Part shown: positions 8,881 through 17,286 of the stretch, piece by piece
Layout of the letters: each line of letters starts with the position of its first letter
How positions within the stretch are numbered: the stretch's first letter is position 1
The notes under the pieces: model-generated
Database searches by the model: none
What the model was told of the DNA's origin: nothing
The model's input: the letters and a program-made list of their open reading frames with translations, nothing else
Assembly (NCBI GenBank): GCA_038889235.1
Contig: JAWAHN010000003.1
Location: 383,703 to 415,702, forward strand
DNA from: Candidatus Jordarchaeales archaeon
GTDB lineage: Archaea > Asgardarchaeota > Jordiarchaeia > Jordiarchaeales > Freyrarchaeaceae
Reading direction: 5' to 3'
Length of the DNA: 32,000 nucleotides
Position numbers and translations under genes: made by a program

Positions 8881-9069
8881 GTGATCCCGCTAGGCTTCTG
8901 ACATGGTTTAATAGCACGAAGGAACGGTAATTGCCAGATAAGGAGCCACTCAAATGGAACAAGGGGGGAAGCGCGTGTTAAGTAGGGGCACGGGTAACCT
9001 GCCAGAATAAGTGAGGTTTAGTTTTCCAGCGGCAAGCCTCGCCTTAAGGTTCAAGGTTTCCTTGTGCTT

Positions 9070-9348
9070 TCATCCGCCAGCTATTGGTGGGAAAACGGAG
9101 ACCACGTCTCCATCTTTGAACTTTATTGGCTCCTTCATCGTTTTAACGTTGATCCCGTTTAGAAGGAAGAGTACGCTGTCTTTGACTGTGTTTTTCTTTT
9201 CGTCAAACAAGTCGCGCTTTGCGCCCTTGACCTTGGAATCAAGGGAATCCATGAAGCTTTCTAGCCCCCCGTCGCAGTCGACCTCAACCTCCTTAACCTT
9301 ATATTTGTCCCTGAAAGAGGCATAAAACCTAACTTTAACTTTGACCAT
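9070..9348 (-). CDS. moaD: MoaD/ThiS/SAMP-family ubiquitin-like sulfur carrier
   Basis: MVKVKVRFYASFRD start, LLNG and DGDVVSVFPPIAGG* with C-terminal diglycine; directly downstream of aor. Confidence 0.93.
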   Translation of the reverse strand: MVKVKVRFYASFRDKYKVKEVEVDCDGGLESFMDSLDSKVKGAKRDLFDEKKNTVKDSVLFLLNGINVKTMKEPIKFKDGDVVSVFPPIAGG

Positions 9349-9398
9349 AACGAACACCCATGAACTAAAAGAAAGAAGAGGGTTAAAAAAAGGGATTT

Positions 9399-11222
9399 CT
9401 AGGTTGATAGCCCTAACTCTTTCAACTTCTCCTCTTTCGGTACACCTTTTTCCCATCCTCGCAACTCGTAGTACTCTGGCAACATATCGGCGAGCTTGCT
9501 CACATGGCCTTTTGCGGGTCCTTCACGTATCTTCTCATTTAACAGCCTTGGTGGGAGTGTATCATCCTTTCCGTCTATGCCAAGCATGTTCATCAACCGT
9601 CTCTCGACGTTGTATATTCTCTCGCCGGTTTTAATCAATTCGTCCTCTGTTAAATCCCAACCTGTTATGGCTGAAAGCAACGAAGCGAAGTCGGATGGAC
9701 CAAGGGCGAAAGTCACAAACAAACAGACACATGCCGAGTTGACAACACAAGTGAAGTCTTGCAATGTCTTAACTAGTTGAGCTTTCCCCTCTGTCGTGAA
9801 CCTGTCAACCGGCTGTGGGGCCAGAACCTCGGATGCGATAGCGTAACCAGAAACGTGGCATCCTCCACGGTTAGCCGTAGCATAGTTTAGTGTCATTCCC
9901 TGAACACCACGCGGGTCATATGCTGGTAACTCAAGCCCTTTCACACTCATGCTTAACTCTGGCGCACCGTATTTTTCTGCCAGTCTCTTTGACCCTTCAG
10001 CTAGCTCTGCTCCTATCCCCACTTTGTACGCTGTTCTCCAAACAGCTTCAACCATCGCTGCTGCGTTTCCGAACTCAAGCTTCAGACCTTGGAGCCGTTC
10101 AGGCTTGATTTTCTTCCGTTGCACGAGCTCCATGGCGCACGCTATAGTAGCGCCCATGCTTATCGTATCCAAGCCTAATTCGTCACACAAGTGGTTTGCC
10201 TTGATTATGGCTTCTAAATCGCTGACACCGCAGTCGGCTCCAAGTGCCCAGACGCTCTCGTACTCCGGTCCCTCGGTGTACTCTACGGCAAATGGGCCGG
10301 AAGGAACCCTGGTCACTCTGCCACAGCCTATTGGGCAACCCCAGCAGGCCCTCCTCTTCGTAAGATATTTCTCCGCTAGTGTTTCACCACTAATTTTCTC
10401 GGCTTCGGGGAAAACGCTTGCCTGGAAGTTTCTGGTCGGGAAAATGCCATGAGCATTTATTATGTTGACTAGGATTGCTGTTCCGTAAGCTGGGAGGCCT
10501 TGACCGGTAATGCTGTTCTCTTTAACCTTTTTGAGTGCTTCTTTTTGCTTTCGTTTGAAGTCTTCCGGCTTTGCCAGAGCAACCTCCCGACCTCCTCCTA
10601 CCACTATTGCTTTCAGCCGCTTGCTCCCCATAACAGCGCCTACACCCGTCCTCCCCGCTGCCCTATGCTCGTCATTTATTATGTTCGCGAAGCGCACGAG
10701 ATTTTCTCCAGCGGGTCCTATGCAGGCGACGCTAACGTCTTTCCCGTACACTTCCTTGAGTGAGCTAGTCGTATCAAAAGTGTTCATGCCCCACAAGTGG
10801 CTTGCGTCTTCCAGCTCCGCCTTGCCATCAATTATAGAGAGGTACATGGGTTTCTCGGCAGCTCCCTTAACTATCACGCCATCATATCCTGCAAACTTGA
10901 GGTATGGCCCCCACTCTCCCCCAGAATTGGCGCTTGCAACAGATCCTGTAAGAGGAGACTTTAAAGCCATTACGTGGTATCTGCCGCTCGACGGGAAACC
11001 TGTCCCAGTAGCTGGTCCCGTGGCAAAAACCAGCATATTATCTGGGCTGAAGGGGTCTAAATTTGCTAGGTTAACTCCCTTATTAGCTAAGCTATTGGCT
11101 TGTTCCATTAAGAAGTAAAGCGCCAGTCCCTTGCCTCCAAGAAACATACGCAGCACGTTTTCTTTAAGTGTGCGATCACTCAGCTTACCTTCGCTGAGGT
11201 CAACCTCCAAAAACCTGCCCAT
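9399..11222 (-). CDS. aor: Tungsten-containing aldehyde:ferredoxin oxidoreductase
   Basis: KSPLTG, CIGPAGEN, AGRTGVGAVMGSKRLKAI, CWGCPIGC (4Fe-4S ligands), GPEYES, DELGLDTIS and ANRGGCH motifs. Confidence 0.96.
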   Translation of the reverse strand: MGRFLEVDLSEGKLSDRTLKENVLRMFLGGKGLALYFLMEQANSLANKGVNLANLDPFSPDNMLVFATGPATGTGFPSSGRYHVMALKSPLTGSVASANSGGEWGPYLKFAGYDGVIVKGAAEKPMYLSIIDGKAELEDASHLWGMNTFDTTSSLKEVYGKDVSVACIGPAGENLVRFANIINDEHRAAGRTGVGAVMGSKRLKAIVVGGGREVALAKPEDFKRKQKEALKKVKENSITGQGLPAYGTAILVNIINAHGIFPTRNFQASVFPEAEKISGETLAEKYLTKRRACWGCPIGCGRVTRVPSGPFAVEYTEGPEYESVWALGADCGVSDLEAIIKANHLCDELGLDTISMGATIACAMELVQRKKIKPERLQGLKLEFGNAAAMVEAVWRTAYKVGIGAELAEGSKRLAEKYGAPELSMSVKGLELPAYDPRGVQGMTLNYATANRGGCHVSGYAIASEVLAPQPVDRFTTEGKAQLVKTLQDFTCVVNSACVCLFVTFALGPSDFASLLSAITGWDLTEDELIKTGERIYNVERRLMNMLGIDGKDDTLPPRLLNEKIREGPAKGHVSKLADMLPEYYELRGWEKGVPKEEKLKELGLST

Positions 11223-11279
11223 ATAGCCTCCAGGAATGTTTTCTCCCCCGAACTTTATAATTAAAAATTAAGTTCTTCT

Positions 11280-11297
11280 TTTAAATAATCTTTTCGC
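11280..11297 (-). promoter_or_regulatory. Probable BRE/TATA for aor-moaD
   Basis: The minus strand reads GCGAAAAGATTA-TTTAAA; a second TATA-like TTATAAAG lies at 11260-11253. Confidence 0.45.
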
Positions 11298-11330
11298 TTT
11301 TAATTTTTTGAGCGAGTGTCTTTAGCATTC

Positions 11331-12467
11331 CTAGCACGCTTTTTCACTTCTTCCCAGTATGACTTTCGCGGCCTCAAAATAGATTTTCTTCGCTTGAATT
11401 ATTGATTTAACTTCAACACACTCATCTATTCCATGAATGTTCTTTCCCACGGGTCCGATTTCTATGACGTTTCTTACCCCTTCCTCCACGAAAAATCGGC
11501 CGTCCGACGTACCTCCTCCAGCATCATGGACCGGTGTTAATCCAAGCTTCGCGTAGACGCCTTCTAGTATCCTTGTGAGGGAGGAGTCTCTTACTAGGTA
11601 CGGCTTAGCCGCCTCCCTCACTTCAAGCTCGTAGTTGAAGTTCCCATATTTTTTCTTCAGAAATTCTAGTTCTCTTACAAGAAGCCTTTCCACGTCTGCC
11701 GGCGTCACTTTCGGCGTGTTTCTTATGTCTATGTAGAGGTGGGCCGTTCTCGGTATCACGTTCTCTTTGACGCCTGCCTCAAATATCGTAACAACGAAGG
11801 TTGTCCGTGGCATCACGTCTTCTGCGTCTCCAGGGTCGAGTCTCCTAACTAGAAGTGTGAGCTCAGAGCATACCTCGATGGAGCTAACGTAGTTCAGGTA
11901 GACTTTGGAGGAGTGCATCTCGTCGCCGTGCACCTTGAGCCTCGCCTGGATTATCCCACGCCTTCCGACTTTCAGCATTAAATCCGTTGATTCGCCCACT
12001 ATCACATAGTCTGGCCTCAGCCCTGTCTTCGAAAGCACGTATCTTGTTCCTCTGAGTCCACCTCTCTCCTCGTCACCTACAGCCATGAGGACAAGTCTTC
12101 CCTCGAGACCCTCCAGAAACGCCACATCTTCAAAGGCAGATATTAAGGCGGCTAGGCCTCCTTTCATGTCTGCTGAACCCCTGCCATACAGCCAGCCGTC
12201 GCGTATAACAGGGTTTAGGGGGTGCTCGGTCCACGCCTCAGGACTCCATGGAACCGTGTCCCAGTGCCCGTTGAAGACGAGGACGGGGCCTCCCCTGGAG
12301 AACACGAGCTCGGCGACAACATTCCGCACACCATCCTTCTCGTAAACTTTCACGTTGGAGAAAGGTTTAAGATGGTCTGCTATGAAGTCCGCGCATTCCC
12401 GCTGATTCCCCGGAGGGTTGGAGGAGTCAAACATTATCAGTTTTTGAGCAAGAGAGACAACGTCCAT
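11331..12467 (-). CDS. M20/ArgE/DapE-family metallo-deacylase
   Basis: NGHWDTVP, GRGSADMKGG, DEERGG, VGEST, GGTSDGRF and HGIDE motifs. Start re-placed at ATG 12467 (MDVVSLAQKL). Confidence 0.92.
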   Translation of the reverse strand: MDVVSLAQKLIMFDSSNPPGNQRECADFIADHLKPFSNVKVYEKDGVRNVVAELVFSRGGPVLVFNGHWDTVPWSPEAWTEHPLNPVIRDGWLYGRGSADMKGGLAALISAFEDVAFLEGLEGRLVLMAVGDEERGGLRGTRYVLSKTGLRPDYVIVGESTDLMLKVGRRGIIQARLKVHGDEMHSSKVYLNYVSSIEVCSELTLLVRRLDPGDAEDVMPRTTFVVTIFEAGVKENVIPRTAHLYIDIRNTPKVTPADVERLLVRELEFLKKKYGNFNYELEVREAAKPYLVRDSSLTRILEGVYAKLGLTPVHDAGGGTSDGRFFVEEGVRNVIEIGPVGKNIHGIDECVEVKSIIQAKKIYFEAAKVILGRSEKAC

Positions 12468-12648
12468 GCAAAAAACCACCTTCTTCCCGAGAAATTTAGA
12501 AAAGTGTGAACAAAAGGGAGAACGATGAAAGAGACTTGAAAAAGAAAAATCCCCTGTCACGTTGAAAAACTGGGAAACCGAGAGACTGTTGGAGGCAAGA
12601 GCACACGGCGACCCTGACTTGCTCTGGGAGGAGGAACCTTGCCAACAG

Positions 12649-13419
12649 TTAGAAGCCCGCGAATTTTTCCGCGTCCTCTCTCTTTTGTATCAATATGTTT
12701 CCTTTTTCGTCTACTATCCCGATCTGTCTCGCCGGAATGCCTGCCCACACGGTTCTGGGAGGAATCTTAGCGTCCTTTGGAACAAGGGACATAGCGCCGA
12801 TCACTGCTTCGTCACCTATTTCCGCTCCCGGGAACACTATGGTATAGCCTCCTATCATCACGTTTCGCCCTATCTTCACTCTTTTGAGCCACAGTTTCTT
12901 TCCGTCCATCACGTGGCCTGCAATTATAGCACCCCAGCCAGCGTATGAGCCATCGCCCATCTCGATAAGTGGTGGATCAGTTATTAGGCTGGCCGCGGCA
13001 CCCCTCCCCAGCTTCGCCCCCAAGGTTTTCATCATGTAGTGTGCAAGGCCTGCCTGCCCTAACGGGAACATTCCCCAGAAGCTGATCACTAACGTTAAGA
13101 GACTTGTGTTTACAAGCCAATTTCTGAAGTTGGCGTTGTCGAAACTCATTTCATGCACTCCTTCCTCCATTGGCTTTATGAGGGACTTGACCACCCTTAG
13201 CAGTACTAGGTTAAATGACCATTTCGCAACGACGTAGAAGAAAGGCGACAGCGCAATCCAGAGGAATATTGGAAGATTGGGGAGCATCAGATATAGCAGG
13301 TAGCAGAGGAAGACGACTACTGGGAATGCAGCTATAGCTGAGCACATGACTACGCCTGTAATGATGGCTGGAACGTTAGGAGGCTTCACTTCAGGTTTAC
13401 TACTAAAATTTTCACTCAT
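12649..13419 (-). CDS. Membrane-anchored hexapeptide-repeat (left-handed beta-helix) acyltransferase-like protein
   Basis: Two to three N-terminal TM segments, then LGAKLGRG, IEMGDGSYAG, VKIGRNVMIG, AEIGDEAVIGAMSLV and WAGIPARQIG. Confidence 0.85.
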   Translation of the reverse strand: MSENFSSKPEVKPPNVPAIITGVVMCSAIAAFPVVVFLCYLLYLMLPNLPIFLWIALSPFFYVVAKWSFNLVLLRVVKSLIKPMEEGVHEMSFDNANFRNWLVNTSLLTLVISFWGMFPLGQAGLAHYMMKTLGAKLGRGAAASLITDPPLIEMGDGSYAGWGAIIAGHVMDGKKLWLKRVKIGRNVMIGGYTIVFPGAEIGDEAVIGAMSLVPKDAKIPPRTVWAGIPARQIGIVDEKGNILIQKREDAEKFAGF

Positions 13420-13739
13420 CCATCATCCCCCACCAAAAACACTCAAAACGAGTAAGCCCTCACTTTAAGCTTGTTTAGCCATATAATTATATTCCTATCG
13501 TTTTTCTCGCTATTCCTCCACGTTCTTGCTCCGGGGGGTCACCCGCCTAGAAGGCTTTTCAAGCTCAAATGTAAGCTGCCGGAGTTACTTGGTGGCATCT
13601 TCACGACTACGAAGGGAGCGGTGCTAGGTGTGCTGAGTGGTGGTGTGCCTTTCGGTGATGCTGAAATGTTACTTCATCCCCTTTCAGAGGGCTGTCACGC
13701 CAACAAATTATAAGAAAAAATTATAGAAAACATAATCTT

Positions 13740-13747
13740 TTTATATA
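13740..13747 (+). promoter_or_regulatory. TATA box for the dsrE-like/tusA pair
   Basis: TTTATATA about 40 nt before ATG 13787; GAGGAG SD follows. Confidence 0.6.
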
Positions 13748-13786
13748 GAATGGTTCGATGTCTACTTAAAAGCAGAGGAGATTTAC

Positions 13787-14143
13787 ATGAACAAAGACAA
13801 AGTGATCACTGTTATTCTCGGAAATGGGCCTTATAGTTTTGAGAGACCCTACACTGCCTTACGTTTTGTATTAACGTGCGCCGTTGAGGGTATAAAAGTG
13901 AACCTCTTCCTTATAGAGGACGGAATATATGTTGCCAAGAAAGGGCAAGCCCCCAAGGAGTATGCCAACGTTCAGGAGTTGCTTGTGAGAGCGCTTAATG
14001 AGGGAGTTAAGGTGAAGTTGTGCTCTGTGTGCGCTAATGCTAGAGGCATGAAGCAGGAGGAGGTCATAGACGGGGTTGAAATGGCCACGATGAGCGACTT
14101 GGTTGCATGGGTACTCGAAAGTGACCAAACAATTTTCTTCTAG
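13787..14143 (+). CDS. DsrE/TusD-like sulfur-relay protein
   Basis: GPYSFERPYTALR, NLFLIEDGIYVAKKGQ, LCSVCANARG and MATMSDLVAWVLESDQTIFF pattern typical of DsrE/F proteins. Confidence 0.9.
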   Translation: MNKDKVITVILGNGPYSFERPYTALRFVLTCAVEGIKVNLFLIEDGIYVAKKGQAPKEYANVQELLVRALNEGVKVKLCSVCANARGMKQEEVIDGVEMATMSDLVAWVLESDQTIFF

Positions 14144-14157
14144 GAGGCGTGTGAAAT

Positions 14158-14406
14158 ATGGTGAAGGAAGAGGGCGAAGTTGTTGCTCGAAGACTTGACG
14201 TGAGGGGCGAAGTTTGCCCCATTCCATTAATCAAGGTGAGGGATTCGTTGAAGGATATGGCTCCCGGAGAAGTTTTGGAGGTTATCTGCGACTCTCCCCC
14301 ATCAAAGAAGAACCTGCAAAGGTTTGTTGAAAAAGAGGGGCACGAGATAGTGAAGCTCGTAGAGGAAGGCGCCGTTTTCAGGATGTACATTAGGAAGAAG
14401 GTTTAA
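14158..14406 (+). CDS. tusA: TusA-family sulfurtransferase
   Basis: LDVRGEVCPIPL (CPxP), GEVLEVICD..PS..NL..F..KEGH; GGAGG SD. Confidence 0.92.
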   Translation: MVKEEGEVVARRLDVRGEVCPIPLIKVRDSLKDMAPGEVLEVICDSPPSKKNLQRFVEKEGHEIVKLVEEGAVFRMYIRKKV

Positions 14407-14436
14407 TGGAAGTTGAACTTGAACGCAGGTTGTTCT

Positions 14437-14466
14437 TCTATTTTTCGCAATGGGCGAAAAGGTAGA
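14437..14466. terminator. Inverted repeat (hairpin terminator or operator) after tusA
   Basis: TTTTCGC-AATGG-GCGAAAA (14442-14460), extendable by TCTA/TAGA, about 35 nt after the tusA stop. Confidence 0.35.
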
Positions 14467-14532
14467 TTTATTACGAGGGGACGAAAATAAAGTTTCCGGC
14501 AGAGAGGGGTTTAAAAAGAGAGTGTGATTCTA

Positions 14533-15369
14533 ATGAAAAATACCCTCCAAGCTCTATCTTTTAGGATCCTTTGTCCGGAATGTGGTGAAGATTACAGTTA
14601 TAGAGTCTTCGTAGACACAGAAATACGTGATTCTACCCAGAGACGGGACACGAATTTTTCCCTGTTCTTTGACCACGGAGATCATTGGTTAGAAGTTTCA
14701 CTTAACGGTGAGGGGAAAGTAGTTGGCGTCAGAGCAGTCCCCTACGCTCAAGCCCGGGGAGAGGTATTTGTCTGGAGACGTGAAAACCCATACTTCCCAG
14801 TTTTCAACTCATCGTTAGATGTGCTCTTCGCCGATAGGAATAAGCGGACTTATTGTGACCTAAACTGGCGGGACGATGCTCTAAGTTTTCTCCCCCTGGT
14901 TGAGGGAGGGCGAACATCCAAGTATGTCGTGAATGGAAGGGAATACTGGATTCTAGCACACGAAAGCAACGTAGTCGTCGTGAAACGGTGCGAGTCGTGG
15001 GGTGACGACGTCTTCAATCGCCTGGCTGCACTTGTGAGGGAGTTTAGAAATGGAAGCGTGTCCACAGACTCGGTCTTCCAGAGAATTTTTATTTCTGTCT
15101 TAGAGGCGGTCGCCGACGACCCCTATATAACATCAGACGCAGTCAGATTGATAAACGACCTAGGGAAAACGATTTCGATAAACTTGGACCTTATAATGTT
15201 GTCACCCGTCCCCTTTGGAGGAGACCTTGTTGAGCTTTTGGCGTCTGTTGGACACGAAACCATAGTCGATTTTCTAGTTCTCTCCGCGAGCGGAGTTAAG
15301 GAGTTGGTGAAGCTCATAAAAACGTACAGGCTCTTCAAAAACCTAAACCTAGTGAAAGTAGTCGAGTGA
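14533..15369 (+). CDS. Hypothetical protein with N-terminal CxxC...HxxH and possible C-terminal winged helix
   Basis: CPEC and HGDH motifs in the N-terminal 55 aa; C-terminus ETIVDFL...VKELVKLIKTYRLFKNLNLVKV. ATG 14533 is in frame with the track start. Confidence 0.75.
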   Translation: MKNTLQALSFRILCPECGEDYSYRVFVDTEIRDSTQRRDTNFSLFFDHGDHWLEVSLNGEGKVVGVRAVPYAQARGEVFVWRRENPYFPVFNSSLDVLFADRNKRTYCDLNWRDDALSFLPLVEGGRTSKYVVNGREYWILAHESNVVVVKRCESWGDDVFNRLAALVREFRNGSVSTDSVFQRIFISVLEAVADDPYITSDAVRLINDLGKTISINLDLIMLSPVPFGGDLVELLASVGHETIVDFLVLSASGVKELVKLIKTYRLFKNLNLVKVVE

Positions 15370-15548
15370 AAGGAAAAAGAACAATGTAGTCTAGCTCCCT
15401 TCACAATAAGCTTTGCTTCCATAGGTCCTGTAAGCCTGTAGGTGGCTGATCTCCGGCTTTACGTTACCGTTGAGCGGCTGGAAAGATAGTGTTCTTCGCT
15501 AAATAAGCGGGGTACTCGTATTATCAATTGGCGGGGGTATCACTTCGT

Positions 15549-16175
15549 ATGAAAAGTAAGAGTGAGCTACGCCGCTACGTATGGGACCTCATGATGAACA
15601 GCGGGATTGCAGTTTTCCCGCTGCCTCCCCACGGCAGGATTCCAAACTTTAAGGGAGCTTCCTCGGCTGCTCGTAACGTGAGAAAGCTCGAGGAGTATCG
15701 TGAAGCTAAGTGTGTCTTTACTGGGCCGGACGCCGTACTCAAGCCTTTGAGAAGCATGATACTCGCTGACGGTAAGAGCCTGGCATATGCCACACCGCAC
15801 ATGAAGGAGTTCAAGATCCTCGACGCGGGAAGCGACCCGCACAAGGTCTCAATAGGACATCTGATCTCCCTTGGGCGCTCACTAGACCGCCCTGTTGAGG
15901 TGGCGGTGATCGGCAGTGTAGCTGTAGACTTAAAGGGGAACCGCGTGGGGAAGGGCTCAGGATACGGTGACAGAGAAATAGCGTACCTCAAAAAGCTTAA
16001 CCCTAACATCTTAGTCGGAACGCTCGTTCACTCTGTTCAAGTCTTCGAAGACCTTTCCCACCTCATGGAGCCACACGACACGCCAGTAGATTTTATAGCG
16101 ACGGAAAAAGAGCTCATAAAAATAGACGAGAAACACCGCTCTAAGCGTAGATCGGGTGCCATTTCACCCTCGTAA
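15549..16175 (+). CDS. 5-formyltetrahydrofolate cyclo-ligase family (MTHFS/MTHFSD-like)
   Basis: GRIPNFKGA, VAVDLKGNRVGKGSGYGDRE and HDTPVDFIAT motifs. Confidence 0.9.
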   Translation: MKSKSELRRYVWDLMMNSGIAVFPLPPHGRIPNFKGASSAARNVRKLEEYREAKCVFTGPDAVLKPLRSMILADGKSLAYATPHMKEFKILDAGSDPHKVSIGHLISLGRSLDRPVEVAVIGSVAVDLKGNRVGKGSGYGDREIAYLKKLNPNILVGTLVHSVQVFEDLSHLMEPHDTPVDFIATEKELIKIDEKHRSKRRSGAISPS

Positions 16176-16236
16176 CTTCATCAAAAAAAGAGAGTTAAGG
16201 TTTGGGGCCACCGTTCCAGTATAGTGGTTTCGCGGG

Positions 16237-16890
16237 TCATGTCACTTTCTTGTAGCACATCCACCAGTCCAGGCACTTTATCTCTCCGGCTTTCTCTTGC
16301 TCCCTTCTCTTCTGTATCATTTCCACAGTGTTCGCTGGCGGGACTATCACGTTATCGCCAATTATCTCGTTATTTGGCCAGTTAGCCGGTATAGCATAAC
16401 CCTTGTCGGCTATCTGGAGCCCCTTTACCATTCGGAGTATTTCATCCATGTTTCTGCCGAGCTCCATGGGGTAGTAGAGTATCGCCCTAATGATGCCTTT
16501 GGGATCAACTATGAACACAGCTCTTACTGTCTGTGTGCCTCCAGCCTGCTTGTGACGCATGCCCAGTTTCGCTGAAATTTCTCCAGTATTATCTGCAATT
16601 ATCGGGAACTCTATTTCTACGCCAAGCTTCTCCTTAATCCACTCCTCCCACTTCAAGTGCGCGAACACTTGGTCTATGCTTAGACCTATCAGTTCACAAT
16701 TCAATTTCCTGAACTCATTATACCTCTTCTGAAACGCAACGAACTCCGTCGTGCAGACCGGCGTAAAATCTGCAGGGTGGCTGAAGAGAATAAACCATTT
16801 TCCACTGTAGTGGTCGGGAAGCTTGATGACTCCCCTAGTTGTCCTGACTTCCATTTGCGGGAAACTGTCGCCTATAAGTGGCATTTCCAT
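16237..16890 (-). CDS. Peroxiredoxin, archaeal Prx6-type
   Basis: [15 protein letters not shown] peroxidatic motif, [14 protein letters not shown] and C-terminal CLDWWMCYK. Confidence 0.96.
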   Translation of the reverse strand: MEMPLIGDSFPQMEVRTTRGVIKLPDHYSGKWFILFSHPADFTPVCTTEFVAFQKRYNEFRKLNCELIGLSIDQVFAHLKWEEWIKEKLGVEIEFPIIADNTGEISAKLGMRHKQAGGTQTVRAVFIVDPKGIIRAILYYPMELGRNMDEILRMVKGLQIADKGYAIPANWPNNEIIGDNVIVPPANTVEMIQKRREQEKAGEIKCLDWWMCYKKVT

Positions 16891-16905
16891 AAATGACCAC
16901 CACTT

Positions 16906-16955
16906 AATTTCTTAGAAATTTTGATAAATATAAGGATTATGTTCGAATTTCGAAC
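16906..16955 (-). promoter_or_regulatory. Peroxiredoxin promoter with TATA flanked by two 15-bp palindromes
   Basis: TATA-like TTATATTTAT (minus strand, about 16933-16924); AATTTC-TTA-GAAATT at 16906-16920 and GTTCGAA-T-TTCGAAC at 16941-16955. Confidence 0.6.
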
Positions 16956-17286
16956 TTAGGACGATTTTATAATTTTACTTTTAATTAAAGAGTTATTTTG
17001 AACTTAAACTATTAATTGGATCACTCAATTTTCGTGGAACTAAAACTAGAGGAGAGTAGGTAGGATTTCGAGTGTGATTGCCGCGATCTCCTATTCTTGT
17101 TAGGGGGTAATCATTGAAACAAGGCATTCTCACTTAGATACGGGGATAACTGACGTCCCTAACAGTTCCCGAAGCTTCTGGGCGGCATGAAATGTAGTGG
17201 GCGACTGTGTAATAAGCTAGGGTTATCTATGTTTGGGAGGTGCGTTCTCATCGCCGAGTAAAAATAGTGTTTTAAAGGTGAAAGTT

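Noticed and set aside
11294-11315. TCGCT-N12-AGCGA as a ModE-like tungstate/molybdate operator for aor
   Set aside because: The arms are only 5 bp and the inner TATA-rich half-sites of ModE boxes are missing; it could be chance.
13471-13713. 80-aa plus-strand ORF upstream of the dsrE-like gene
   Set aside because: TTG start without an SD, spans promoter-like AT tracts, and has no motifs.
16941-16948. GTTCGAAT resembling a tRNA T-loop
   Set aside because: No T-stem, acceptor stem or cloverleaf can be formed; it is part of a promoter palindrome.
17113-17120. ATTGAAAC, the typical 3' end of archaeal CRISPR repeats
   Set aside because: Single occurrence, no repeat-spacer periodicity and no cas genes.
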